From Pelomyxa schiedti (lineage: Eukaryota > Protista > Evosea), in assembly GCA_020536535.1 (NCBI GenBank), contig JAHLWZ010000602.1, positions 53,998 through 117,997 of the forward strand: DNA of 64,000 bases, read 5' to 3'. The first letter of the stretch is position 1. Every line of letters starts with the position of its first letter. Below the pieces are notes generated by a model that was not told the origin of the DNA, did no database searches, and saw only the letters and a list, made by a program, of their open reading frames with translations. Positions 11,439 to 24,782 of this stretch are shown here, in pieces. Made by a program: the position numbers and the translations under genes.

Positions 11439-14400
11439 TTAACACCTTGGCGGGGTGTGTTGCAACGGTAAAATGGCTATGAGAGGCAGGTGCGTGAATC
11501 GCGGTGTATGTTCTAGGATGTATATTGCAGTGTGCATTGTGCATTGTAGTGTCAGTGGTGGGCTGGAGGTGGTGGAGGTGGAGCAGGGCCGGGCAGAATC
11601 TCGCCAGAGGTGGAGAAGTGGTGCTGTACATTGGTGTTCCAGTATTCGTAATTTTCGTGGGTACACTGCATCATTTCGGGCACGGGGCAGGCAAGGTTGA
11701 AAGTGGATAGGAGCGGCTCGGCGATGATGTTGATGAAGTTGGTCTGAAGCTTGGAGAGCTTCGTCAGACCCTCTTGATTGTGAACCAGAAAAAACAGTTA
11801 GGAGCAACCCTGATACATGGAGGGGCAAAGAAATGAAGAACCTGTACGATCAGTAAAAGGACTCAGGGGTATGCCGAGTTGTCTTTCTTGGTCACCTTGA
11901 TTGTAGAATTCTTGGGTGAGTTGCGAAACCCACCGAAGCATAGGTCGGTGCGGACGCATAACCTGGAAGGCCCATGAGAAAGGTAAACTGAATAAACGGT
12001 TTACATTGGAGATATCAGCCGTTTTAATTGCTACGCAGAGTAGTTGAGTTCTGTGCTCTTTATTTTGTCTCAGATCCCTGCTGGGATCTTCCAACACAGT
12101 CTAAACAAGATTAACACACGTGAATGAAAAAATGCAGTAAAGACCTTAAATTTCGAAATTATTTCGAAGTGTTGGGTCATATCAGTTGAGAGTACTAAGC
12201 TGATAATTAAAGCGCGCACTAGATACTGTGAGTACTTGGATTTGTTTTTAGGAGTTAACAATATTTTTTGTCATTTGTCGAGAGCTTCCATTCAGCAGCA
12301 TATTTGGAAGAGATGATCCGAAGGGCTACACTTGAGTGAAAATTTTCTAGTACACTTCGATCTATAGATCATATCAGAAAAAAAAGGTGGTGTCATTCCT
12401 AAACCATTGTATCTAATGGCAAGATCATTCTCAGTCGCGATCAGAAAAGCCTTGTCGTAGGGTCAGAGCATCAGTAAAATGTATTGCAATTCGGCATACA
12501 TTGTTTACCCCTGGGTGACCAACATCGTGTACAATTCCTGACACAATGAGGCCAAATATGTCTAAGTAGTTTGTTGCGCCTATGATATCTCGAAGGCCAC
12601 GAACTAAGAAGTAGTAAAGACACTGAACGACATCGGCTGCGTGTATATAGTTGTGGTAGGCATTTTCCTATCGTTGTGGATCAGTACGGGTCGGAATTTG
12701 GAGGTGTAGTGAACCTGGTACAGTTTTTCAATTTCAGCAACAAAGCTACGAAAAGAGTCGGCTGGAATTGAAAGTGCTGGAAGTAAATCCAAGGAAGAAA
12801 CCACCTTCATTTAAGTGTTATTAGGTGGAAGAGAAAACAATGTAACCTGCATCGAGACTCTTTCAAGAATTCCTTCATGTGGGATTCCAAAAACCTGCGC
12901 TACATTACATCAAACTCAATTGTATGAGGCGTACAAAAAAATCCATAGAACCCAAGTCCAAGTTGTCACTGGTATCAATGACAACAGACGTTGGAATAGC
13001 AATAACACCTGAAGACATTTCAGGGGAGAAGTTGGAAAGTTTACTTGGTGCAATTTCTTCATTTAACCTGCCTGTGGGTGAACATTACACAGATTCAATG
13101 AGGAAATGACCATTTTTGGATATCAGTGTCAAGTAAAGCAGTTTGTTTCTTCAAATCTGGCACGAAAAGGCCACCAGTATGTGTGAGATTTGCCATTATT
13201 TCATCAATGGTTTTTCCTGTCTTCTTCGAGGAATGTTGCTTCAGTACCCGTAGTTTGTCGAGGATCTTGTTTATGCTTAATCATGAAAGGCACCCTAACG
13301 CTTTTACCTTAGTGATACCCGCATCTAAATCGATTTTTGGTTCAGGACAAACAGAATTTCTTTTTTTGTTCAAGGATACAGCAGACAAGATCCTATTTCC
13401 TCGATATCAGGCATGATAATAGTTTTGTTGCCATACCCAATGCCCAGAAGTACAAAAACCAGGGTAGAAGTTATAATTAAAGAGAACCGGGTGCTCAGCT
13501 TAGAAGCTTTGGTGTACTTTCTGTGCGAAGTTATATTTAATCAAAGAAATGGGATTCCAGATACGTAGAAGACAGGGAGATAACAACCAACCATCTGACA
13601 CTTTCAATGGGGTGGTAACGGGCGACTTGTTGATACATATTTGTTGGGGAATAAAAAAAAAAGCCATTTTACCTTCTCTGAACTTCTTGTTAGTTTTTAT
13701 ATTTACAATGGGAAGTATGAGTACAGGAAGTTCGTTCCATGCTCACTGGAGTACGTCAACTGGCATGCTGTACAATTGTAAGAATCTTGATTGCAGTTCT
13801 TTTGTAGAAGTGCCCATGTTGAAACGATCTGTTTGTCAGAACAGTTTCCTGGTGTCGTGGCTCTAAAGAATGGTGATTGGTAAGATATGGGAGGTTAGGG
13901 GGGAAACCCAAGTTCGTCCTCCGCTACACTCACAGAGCCAAGAACTGCTAACAAGTTTCCCCTAGAGTCTATTATATATGAGAAACTGTCTTCACCCATG
14001 TCAATGACTGAAAGTAAATCCGTAAGCTTACAAAGTGCTATTAGATTAGGAATGAAACTGCGGTATTACCATTGGCACTTGCATCCCACTGAAAAGCCAT
14101 GCTACTCTAGTACCTTTTGAGTACAATATCTATGACAATCAAAAAACGGGTAAAAAGTGAAAAATAAACCTTTTCGGCTCCAATGTTAAACATATTGTAC
14201 CCACTGTAACTGTTTAGTACCAGAAATGTACATTTTTTTAAAAAAGGAGATATACAAAAAATTCATGACAACAGGATCAAAAAAAGCATATTCTTGGTCC
14301 AAGGCAGGCCGCAATAGCAGGGGACAGTCAAATATGCTATCAACGCATTGTACTGGTTCATACACTGGGGATGAAAGAGAAACATCACCAAAGCACATTC

Positions 14401-15293
14401 TCCCTGCAGAACTGTTTCCATCCTTGACTCCGACAAATAGATCATCAGTGTTGTTCCACTTGTAAACTGCGGCAAGTGCCTACATAAGTTATTTTCTTGT
14501 GGAGTTACACAATAATCCACACAATATCCAGAGTTGACACAAGGGATGCATCAACCAAAGCGTTAAATGTCTGAGGGTTAGACGGAGCAAGGATCATAGT
14601 AAATTGCGTTTTTTCCTGAGTAAAATTGAATTCATCTATGGCACAGAGTTTTTTGTACATTGACAAGTGATGCAGCTTGAATTGTCCACATTTCTGTGGT
14701 TCTATTCTCACCAAAAAAAATCGGGTTAAAGGATAGAGATAGCTCAAAAAAGTCTATTTGTCTAAACAGAACCTGTTCCTTGGGGTTGAGGTGTTGTAGG
14801 AGAGAGATGGTGATACTTGTACAGTTTCGTTGATCTTACTAAAAATAACTTGGTACAGTGAGAACATATGAAAAGAAAAGAAATGAAAAAAACTGCGCCA
14901 CGCACTTGCAGAAGCATCAGTCATGGAATCTTGGGTCATTAGGTTCGTGACAGATCTTGAAGTGGAGAACCAAACAAGCCAAACAGACATCGCCGTGGCA
15001 ATAACGAGCCCCACTGACGCCATCACAGACCGAAAAACTCCTTTGTCTGTTGCACGCAACACCGCTTTGTACACCTTTTTAATCTTGCTCTTCCCCCTTT
15101 TGTTGGGTCTCTTAACCGTCAAGTCCAGTGTCGAAGTGCCAGGAGTTCCGACATATGAGTGAACAGCGCGAGGTGTCGTGTTTGCGGTAGTGTTTGCTGT
15201 CGTAGTTCCGGTGCGTGTCCCGGGATCTCCACTGTACTCATCTGCCTTGTCGGGATCTGCGTTGCTTCTTGGCGTTGCTGTAGCGGATTTCAT
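11439..15293 (-). CDS. Class I cyclic nucleotide phosphodiesterase with two TM helices flanking an extracellular domain
   Basis: The spliced catalytic domain contains PYHNYIHAADV, HDVGHPGVNNAFL, YNDRSVLENFH, LSTDMTQH, IKTADISN and EFYNQGDQER. TM1 lies at about 14960-15030 and TM2 at about 13440-13490. Confidence 0.9.
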
Positions 15294-15620
15294 CGACCAC
15301 TCTTTTTTATTTTTCTTGTGTGTGCGTAGCTCCTGCATTCAGCAGTTAACGAAAAAAACCTCCCTGGACATGTTCTCGGAAGGAATCCTTTGATTAACGT
15401 GCTTCTGGTCCATCATGCTTCATCAAGAAAGGGGAAGGTTTTTCCAGATCTGAGCAAATGCGGTGAAGCGAAGGGAAAAAGCACCGCGTTTGACCAACGG
15501 TTCTTCCGAAACTAGGAATCCGTGGAGGAAATGTCATTTCCATTGAGAAAACGCAAGTGGAGCATTGTGTTTTTTATTAAAATACCCAACAAACAAAACG
15601 ACCTTTTTGGTTAGTTTCTT

Positions 15621-17141
15621 TTACAACTTCATAGCCTGCAAGGAAGAGTCAACCTAATTCAGGAAAACAAAATGGGGTACATACCCTAAGGGCATGTTCG
15701 ACCTCATGGAGCCTTGTGGAGTCTTGTCCACGGGATGTCATGTCCTCCAGATACTGTGATGTGTGTTAGAGAATTACAAATGATGTGACATGGAATGAGG
15801 AGGAAGTACTTTGCTGAGGGACCTGGCTCCCGACGTTATGGAAATTGCACCAAGCATTACCTGGGATTTTCTCAGTAGCGTGAAAAGTGGTTAGTTGGCA
15901 TACATCAATGCAAGCCTTTGGGTCAGTAAGCTGGAGGATGTGCTCCCCACCAATAACAGAGGTCCACTGATCCATGATTTCAGTTTCTGCTCCCCCGCTG
16001 TATTGCTTGTGAAGGAGGAAAACATGGAACTTGCGGCGTAATTCCTATCAAATTGAATTAGGAAGGGTATTTTCCAATAGTATTAGACTTTGAATATTTG
16101 AGCCGTTTCCACATTTGCAGACTCTGTCACTCCAAGAAGTTGTTGGATTTTCTCTCGGGGAATTTCTTTGTAGAAGCCTTCATCTGTGCCCAGATGAGAA
16201 GTAGGAAAGAAAAGACAACGTTGGACCTCCAGTGAAAAACAAAAACCTACACACAGGTTACTGGGAACACCACGTAGGGGAAGTATACCCTTTTGGTTCT
16301 GCCGGAACATCACAGCACCTACAGAGTGCGTAAAGACAAAGGAGAATGTAAAGTTGTTACCGAGCATAATAATATGCAGCAAAGTCGTAGGATTCAAAGT
16401 GACCAGAGCCGCCACCCTTCTCTAACCAAATTTTCTTTATCCAATCATCAATTGTGGTCCCTTGGGCAAAATCGCAGACTGGAAAGAAACTTCAGGGCAC
16501 GGCACAAGTTTAACAGAGTAAACCTTGCAAAGGTGCTCTGTCAGAGAATATATCACCAACACCCACGAATGAAAGACTTGGATTGGCTAAATAACCTTGA
16601 ACCATGATTTGACCTAGAGGATTAAGTCAGAGGGGAAAAAAAAAGCCAAAGGCATTCACCATAGAACCTGTTCCACAAGAAGTTTGGGATAAAGTGGGAT
16701 TTGAATTAGATACAATTTTTTAGGGGAAGGGAACGTGCATGGGAAGTTTATCATAGATCTTTCGAAAAGTTAACTAACACAAAAGAAGAATGGTTTTACT
16801 ATTCTCGGCCAATCACCCATTGATCCAGTCACATCCACGGCGCACTATCAATAAATGAGCAAGGCCGAAGGGCTAGAATAAACATACCACAATAGGTGTT
16901 CCTGCTGTGCACGTCAACCTCCTATTCAAAGGGTTGCAGTCCTACGGAAAGCAATACGGTGAAACTTATTAGGCAAGGAGAAAAGGGTACAGTGTGCAAA
17001 TTTGTGCTGCCCATAGCCGTCACGCTAGCAGTCGAATAACAAGTACTCGTACTTGGCGTAGACTCGACCTTAAAAAGAGTCAGTGCGATCCCCCAAACCA
17101 CGCAACCCGCTAACCTCTCGTTCATAGTAACCGCCACCCAT
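15621..17141 (-). CDS. vWA-domain protein of prokaryote-like type
   Basis: The spliced product reads MGGGYYERE...PIVCAVDVTGSMGDWPRIIYDKLPMFYGQI...GVGD...DRAPLQ...DEGFY, including the MIDAS-like DxTGS motif. Confidence 0.75.
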
Positions 17142-17336
17142 TGTCTTTGTTTTTTTTTTTTCTTGTTTTCTTCTTGGTTTTTTACGTTTGACGGTTGGTC
17201 CGGGAAATCACACTTGTTTTTCCCTTTTTTTTCTCCGATGTTGAGAGGCCTCCGGCGAATCGCGGCAATTGCTACGCCGTACTCTCGTTGGTGTCGTGGT
17301 GTGGTGTTGAGGGGCCGCAGAACGCGGAACAGGATT

Positions 17337-18422
17337 ATGGGCATACGGCCAGAGGAGGGCAAAAAAACAGACGGGGCTGTTGTTGAGGCCGGTAGCGTTT
17401 TTGATGAAGGGGTGCTGAGGAGTGTGTGTTGGCATTTGAATACATGGAGTGATAGGGTTGCATTTGCTGCTGTTTGTAAGGTACTGTCAAAAAATGGAGG
17501 CACTGCTTATTTTTTTTTTTCCCCCTCTTCCTCTATTACTTGTTTCTGGGATGCAAGGGAATGAATAGCTTACTGTGAAACAACACTCACTAAGAAATGG
17601 AGAACATTAGCAGGGGAGCTGTGGGGAATTGGACGTGATCCCGACTTGGACAAGGAGATACAGAAGCACGTGAAGTGGACCAACCTCTGCTGCGCCGAAT
17701 TCTGGGCGACCCTCTCCCTGGCGCCCGCGTTCGGCCTGCTCCTCGCCGCGGCCCCGCCCCTCCTCCTCGGCCTCGCCCACCTCTCCCTCAGCGTCCTGTC
17801 CCTCGCCACCTGGCTGCTCCTCGCCGGCGGCGGCAGGGGCGGCTGCCGCGCGGAGGCCCCCAGCCTGCTCCTCCTCCTCGCCGCCCACAACCTCGGCTTC
17901 AGCGCCCACCTCGACTCCCTGCTCTGGCCCGCGCCCCCGGCGCCCCCCGCGCTCCCCCTGCGCCTCCCCGCCGCCGCCGTCTCGGGCGTGCACCTCCTCC
18001 TCAGCTCCCTGTGGACCACCTTCGAGGTCGTCAACGTGCGGTGGCGCCAGGGCGTCGCCCTCGTGCTGGGCCTGCGGGCCGCGACGCTGGCCCTCGTCCA
18101 CTTCGCCCCGGCCCCCGCGGTCCTGCTCTGCTCCCTCGCCCTGGCGTCCGTGCCCGCCGCCGCCCTGTGGGTGCACCTCGTCCACGCCACCATCGGCGAA
18201 CACTGGCTCTACCGCAGGGTCCCGACCCGCCTGCCCCACAACGTGCTCATGGTCCGCCACAACTGGCACGTGCTGGCTGCCTTGTTGTCCGCCGCTCTCT
18301 CGCTCGGCTTGCACTCTGCCCCTGCGGCGCTGCTGGGCCTGTCGCGCCCGCTTCTAACGGTGCTGTGTGGGGCTGCTGTTGTGCATGTGATTATCTCTGC
18401 TCTGTTACTCGAGGTGAAGTAG
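17337..18422 (+). CDS. F-box-like N-terminus plus multi-pass membrane protein
   Basis: Exons 1 and 2 give VFDEGVLRSVCWHLNTWSDRVAFAAVCK-KWRTLA (F-box-like). The GC-rich exon 2 encodes many Leu/Ala hydrophobic segments. Confidence 0.55.
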
Positions 18423-18503
18423 AAAGGAAGTCAGGAAGTTGGGTGTGAGGAGAGAAAAGGGCTTACAATAAAAAAAAAAAAAAGAGCAAAAAGGGAACTG
18501 TTT

Positions 18504-21027
18504 TCAGTCTGTGAGGAAAATGATAGTGATAAGGAAAAAGAAGGCAAGGAGGAAACCGGCAGCAAAGTATGCGATGTTGCTGTTTTGTGTGTTGTAAGAA
18601 TAATAAAATGAGGAAATGGAAAGAATACTGTATTCTTGTTGGGCTCCACATAGATGTCTGGCTTGATGTGTCGATTCTAGGTAGAAGTTGCTTTACTTGG
18701 CCCAGCACTGGTGAAGAGGGAGGAAGACTGTTACGCCGTCTGTGAAGAGAAGCTTTGTCGTCTTGAAGGAATTTGACTGTAGCACTGGTGGATGTTGGGG
18801 TCATTGGCGAATTTGTTGTTCCAATAGTTCGGGGAGGTGCGCTGTGTACCAAACTTGTGTTTTGTGGCACTACAGGAGCTTCTTTGTGTATCACAACTGT
18901 GCTGGGAACTTCTTTGTGGAGAACGACAGTACTACTTGAATTGATTGATGTTGGTGGTACTTGTGTGTTGTGTACTACAACAGTGCTGTTCATCTGTGTG
19001 GGCGGTGGTTGAACAGATTCCCTACCAAGTGGGGGAACGTTGGCTTTTGGGCTCTCCTTGTGAACAAGCATGGTATTGCAAGTGCCACCGCTAGTGGAAG
19101 TAGTTGGGGATGTGGAGTGGGTTACAACAGTCCCACTTGAAGGATCACCAGGTGATTTCAGAAGTTCAAGCCAAGAATCGCTTGCCGACGCACTTGATGT
19201 GCTTGAACCACTTGAATCACTTGATAACTTTCCTGTTTGTATTTAGGTATTAAGGCAATTTTGTGATCCAAGTTCAACCCAACCTGTAAGCAACGACATA
19301 AAATCTGTATCAGATGAAGACTTAGTTTTAGCCTCCCTGCGTTTTTTCAGTTTTTTATGAGCACTAGCAAGTAAATCCCGGATCACTTCAGAAGTTTTTG
19401 CTGTTTGAATAAAAGGGTCCTGGACATGTTATTAAGCGAATTTGGGTGATATTCACTCCTTACTTGTAACAATTTAGAACATAGTGGTCTGTCAGTGGGA
19501 GATTTTTTAAGACAGCTTTCCAGGAATGCAAGGAATTCAGTGGACCAATTCTTTGGGTTTTTTACCGTTGGAGGCTTTGTCACTTGATGAATTAAAAACA
19601 TAGCCTAAAGAAAGGAATAAGGTGCCTATCCAGACTAGGGAGGAGGTAAACCCTCAATGGATTCAGATCCGCATTTCTGTTTTAAATAAGTGAAACAGAA
19701 CTGAGGCACTATCTAAATACGGTGGCTCTCCGTCAGCCATCTCAATGATAGTGATTCCTTAGTGGAGTAAATAAGACTCGATCAGAACTTAGTGATTCAT
19801 ACCAAAAGACCAAATATCAGCCTAAAATGTAATTGGACTTTTGAAGAAAAAAATAAACTTACAGTGTAAGTATATGGTTGCTGTGTTGATACTTCAGGGG
19901 CCATCCACAGAGGAGTTCCAACCATCTTTTGGATCATTGAGATTGACTTGGAAAAAAAAAGGGGGAAACCCCAGTATTTGGGAGCCACGTTTTGAGCATT
20001 TCCTGGGAAACTCCAAAATCACCTGAAGAATGTTGAATAAACGAAGACTAGGGATTACATTTGCCCACCAAGTTTTACTTCACCTCGCTCAGTGACAAGA
20101 ATATCTTGTTAGTAAAGGAAATAACTAGAGGGTGATTTTTTGTTGTCTGTTATGTTGGGCTTTTTTGGATACTAGCACACTTAATGTCTCTGTGTATTAT
20201 CTTCTGGCTATGTAGGTACTCAAGTCCTACACAAATAAGTACCCAACATTCTGGAAGCATTTACCCTTCAAGGAAGAGGTGCAAATATACGCAATTTGCT
20301 TCTCTTTCAAAGTGGACTTCTCAACATCCATGATATCACGCAGGGAGCCAAGTGCACAAAAGTCCATTAAAATCCAAAAACTGGTCTCGCAACTGAAACA
20401 ACCATAATAGCACACAATATTAGGGTGTCGGCATTTCTATAGATGAAGTATTCCTGGCTTAAAACAAACATTTCAGAAAGAAGGGTAACCTTAAGGACAT
20501 CAATCTCTATCTTCATCAAGTAAGTGTCAAAGTGACAACAAGAAGAGATAGTATACTTTTATGTCATCCAAATCCTCGTGTTCCAGTGGTATAACCTTAA
20601 TGGCCATTGTCATGGAAGAAGGAGCGTGAACTGCATGAAAGACAACTCCAAAAGCTCTTTTGAAAATGAGCAAAAAAAAAAAAAAAAAACCCCTAAATCT
20701 CAACAATGGTAACGAAACACACCCCTGCCCCAAGACCTCCACCAAATTGAAGGACTTTGAAGGGTTATCCACCCCAGACCAATTGTAGTCTGTGTCAACG
20801 TGCACAGCATGCGTAGTAGATATAGGACCGCTTATTATTACAGACTCCCTCCTGTGCAAAATTGCGCCCTCAGAGGGCGCAGCGGTAGGCACGTTCGTAG
20901 TAGCTAACGCAGAAGATACAGCAACATGAGAACTAGCACTAGATCTCGCAGTCGTTGCCGGAGAAGGAGCCACAACAGGTGGAGGTGTCGCCGATGAACC
21001 CCTCAGTTTGTGCAACAAAGACGTCAT
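18504..21027 (-). CDS. STE20-family Ser/Thr kinase with an N-terminal CRIB motif and a predicted C-terminal TM tail
   Basis: CRIB motif [14 protein letters not shown], then [33 protein letters not shown] and [19 protein letters not shown]. The last exon reads [23 protein letters not shown]. Confidence 0.9.
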
Positions 21028-21205
21028 TAGCTACTACGCCCCGATCTTGAAGAGTTGTAGATCTCGCTCGTTCAACGCTTTGAGTGTTTTTTTTTTCGTT
21101 TTTGTGTTGTTTGACAACTCAAGAATTTTTTTGATTTCCTTTCTGTACTTTTTTTCGGCGATAAACAAACACAACGAAAAAAAAAAGTCCCTGCTTAGAT
21201 CCGAC

Positions 21206-23488
21206 ATGTCTGCGGGTGGTAACGACACTGTGGAGGACAACACGGACGACACGTCTGCCGCAGATTCGTCGCCAATAGCGATTTTAATAGATCAGCTTAA
21301 AAGCGAAGATCTGCAACTCCGATTGAACAGCATCAAACAACTCTCGGCAATTGCGAAAGCTCTGGGACCAGAGAGGACCAGAAACGAATTATTGCCGTTC
21401 CTTACGGGTACATACCGACGCCGTCTCCCACTAATGGATTGCACAATTTTTAATCTTCCTTTCTCCTTTACAGAATGCGTGGATGATGAAGACGATGTGT
21501 TAATAGCACTTGCGGAGGAGCTGGGGAGATTTGGAGAGCACATTGGCGGAAGCGAGCATTCCGCGGCTTTGTTGCCTCCTCTTGAAGCATTGGCTGCCGT
21601 TGAGGAGGTCAACGTGCGCGACAAGGTACTCACTTCCTCCTTCCTTCTTTCCATTGTTTTTAGACTCCCCAATAATTTCTACTTTTTTTTTTTTTACAGG
21701 CAATTGAAGCTCTAGTTGCCATCGCTCCACTTATCCCTCCCCGTGTGTTTATGGAATCTTTCATGGAAATGGTAAAAAGACTAGCATCACGTGAGTGGTT
21801 CACATCACGAGCGTCGGCTGCAACACTCATCCCACATGCATATCCAAATGTACCGGAAGCCGTGAAACAGGACACAAGGGGGTGTGTTTCCTTGTGAAAA
21901 TAGGATGGATCCTGACTTGTCGCAGGCTATTCTTCCAACTTTGCAGGGATGACACCCCCATTGTGCGTAGGGCTTGCATTAGCGCTATTGGGGTATTTTA
22001 CATTCAAGTTCCTGCACAAATTTACTTCATCTCCACTATAAAAAGCCTCTTTCAAAACATCTCGACCCCACAATCATCAAGACGGAGCTGCTTCCCAAAT
22101 TTCAAATTCTTGCTGCAGATGACCAGGTTTGTCAATAATGGTTTCCTCCACTAAACTGCTCGTCAGGATTCTGTACGTTTATTAAGTGTGGATTCCGCTA
22201 CAATGATTTGCAGAAAACTCCCGCCGTCGGATATGAATATCATTATTCCAACCCTTCTGGCTTGTTGCCGTGATAAGTCATGGCGTGTCAGGTACATGGC
22301 TGCCGATCGAATAATAGAGGTTGTTGAGCCACATTATTCTTTACATTAAAGCCACTAGATATGTGAGTCAGTAGGGCCTGCTGTAACACAAAACGAGATT
22401 ATCACAGCCTATGTCACTCTTATCAAAGACTCCGAGGCGGAGGTCAGGACAGCTTCAGTGTCACGTCTTGCCGACTTTGCCAGTCGGATTCCCCAGCCAC
22501 TCGTTGTTTCCAAGATAGTCCCCTGTATCAGAGACCAGGTTTTAACGACAATGGACTCTTCACAGCATGTACGAGGTACCACGTAAGTTCTTATATTAAT
22601 TCTTTTAACATGCGGTGCAGCTGCCCTTGCTGGAGTGATTTCTGGGTTGGCTCCAATTTTAGGAAAGGAAGATACACTCAGATACATGGTTGATGTACTC
22701 CTTGAACTCCTAAAGGATGACTTCTATGAGGTTGTGTACTGACTTTTTGTGCACTTCGTAACTTTGATCCCAGGTTAGACTGCATGTCCTTTCAAAACTT
22801 GAGCCTGTTCATAAAGTCATTGGTGTAGAAATGCTATCTCAAGCTCTTCTTCCTGCAATAGTCAAGCTCGCAGAGGATAGGCAATGGCGCGTGAGACTTT
22901 CCATTATCGAGTTTACACCGCAACTCGCGCAACAATTAGTAAGTACATACCACTTTTATCGTGTCTTAGTCTCCTCAAGGGAAAAGAGTTCTTCAACGAA
23001 AAACTCAACAATCTCTGCCTCACTTGGCTAACGGATTCCGTGTTTGCCATCCGCGAAGCAGCTACACACAACCTCAAGAAACTCACTCAAGCTTTTGGTG
23101 TACAATGGGCCCAACAATACATCATCCCTAAAGTGGTTTCTCTCAACTGCCATCCCAATTATCTACACAGAATGACCACCCTTTTCGCCTTATCCGTATG
23201 TTAGCTCTTCACTCTTACCATATCTGATGAATCGCATAGGAACTGGCTTGTGTAGTCGATGCACAAGTGATTGCAACAACGTTCGTTCCGTTGATAAAGC
23301 GAATGTCGAACGATCCTGTTGCGAACGTGCGCTTCAATGTATGCAAAGCAATGCAAGCAATGATACCTTTTGCCGACCAGGGCACCATTGCTTCAGAAAT
23401 CAAGCCACTACTATTAAAGCTTGAAACGGACACCGACAGGGATGTACAGCATTTTGCCAAACAAGCACTGTCAAAGTGCACTCCCTGA
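21206..23488 (+). CDS. PPP2R1A: Protein phosphatase 2A scaffold (A) subunit
   Basis: [96 protein letters not shown]. Confidence 0.97.
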
Positions 23489-23912
23489 TTTAGTCCATTA
23501 CCTAACCACATCCACAACAACAAAACCCCAAAAGCAAACACCCAACACCCCCACCATTTGCAAATAATTTTTCGCCCACAAACTGCTCAACGGCAGCGCC
23601 GTTCGCTACCGTTACGCAGTAAGACTTTTAATTAGCCCTTTTTTTTAAACTCGCTTACACTTTAGAACACGCCTCAGAGAAAAACCCCATCACCCCACTC
23701 AGAATCCAAAAAAGAAGAAAAGAGGAAAAAAAACTCCAACGAAATTCGCAGCGTGCCGAGTCACGCGACGGTTCAAAAAGACACAAAAAAGAAAAAGGAA
23801 CGACCACAGCACGCATACGAGTCGAGTCAAACAAGCCAACGACCACCAGTAAACACAAAAAAAAAAAAAAAAAAACGAACCGACACTCCCGTATCAACGA
23901 AAACACCAGAGA

Positions 23913-24782
23913 ATGTTGTTTGCGCGAACCAGCACGAGGATGCACGTTATTATATACCTGAGCATATCGGCCACTTCAGGGGTGATGTTGGCCGTTGGCC
24001 TGCTCATGATTTGGTGCGGGGTGTCGCCGACGCTGTCCCATCATTGGGAAACGGCGCTGTTCGTGCTGGCCCAGGTAGTCGTGGTGGCGATTCTGTTCGC
24101 GCCGGTGGTGATGAACCTGGCTACTTTGTTGTGGCTCACGAGGACAAAGGCAGCAATGCCTTGTGTAGTATCCACTGTTATCGAGTGTGCAAGTGTTGGT
24201 GCCCTCATAATGCACACGTATTCTGCTGTATCAGGTTTGTTTGCATGTCATTCTATCTTCCAATATTTTACTTTTTTTTTCCCCTTTTTTTTACATTATT
24301 GGTATTCAATAGCAGTAACCGGAAGTAGTAATAGTAATAAACAAAAAAAAAAAAAAGAGAGTATCGACTGCAGCGGTTCGCTGTGCAACTACGATTACGT
24401 GTTCTGCGCCGGCATAATCATCTCCCTCGTGTGCTGCGCCTCCAACGCCATAGTGTCAGTCATTCTGCTCTCTAAGATACTCTTCCAGCTCGGCGGCGGC
24501 CGGTTGCACGACCGCCATACGCTGGTGTTCTCACGACCGGCACCCAGGCCCATGCCACCCCCATCACCTCGGCCGCTGTACAGTGGCGGCCACGTGCATT
24601 ACTTTGGAGAGGATGAGGACATTCAGGGTGGCGACGACGCTGACAGTGGGAATGGGAATGATGGGAATGGCAACGGGCATGGAACTTGTGGTGGCGATGC
24701 CGGCGACGGCGATGGTGATGCGTATTACAGTGTAGTGAGCGGTGACAATGGCACCACCCAAAGTGACAATGGAGGTGAATGA
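23913..24782 (+). CDS. Multi-pass membrane protein (about 4 TM) with an acidic Gly/Asp tail
   Basis: Four hydrophobic segments. An AT-rich in-frame stretch at about 24235-24360 is a probable intron. Confidence 0.55.
   Translation: MLFARTSTRMHVIIYLSISATSGVMLAVGLLMIWCGVSPTLSHHWETALFVLAQVVVVAILFAPVVMNLATLLWLTRTKAAMPCVVSTVIECASVGALIMHTYSAVSGLFACHSIFQYFTFFFPFFLHYWYSIAVTGSSNSNKQKKKKESIDCSGSLCNYDYVFCAGIIISLVCCASNAIVSVILLSKILFQLGGGRLHDRHTLVFSRPAPRPMPPPSPRPLYSGGHVHYFGEDEDIQGGDDADSGNGNDGNGNGHGTCGGDAGDGDGDAYYSVVSGDNGTTQSDNGGE

Noticed and set aside
15455-15525. Two small hairpins in the spacer between the PDE and vWA genes
   Set aside because: They are short and imperfect, with no box motifs or recognisable RNA family.
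17570-18448. Long overlapping ORFs in several frames
   Set aside because: These are shadow ORFs caused by extreme GC content and lack of stop codons.
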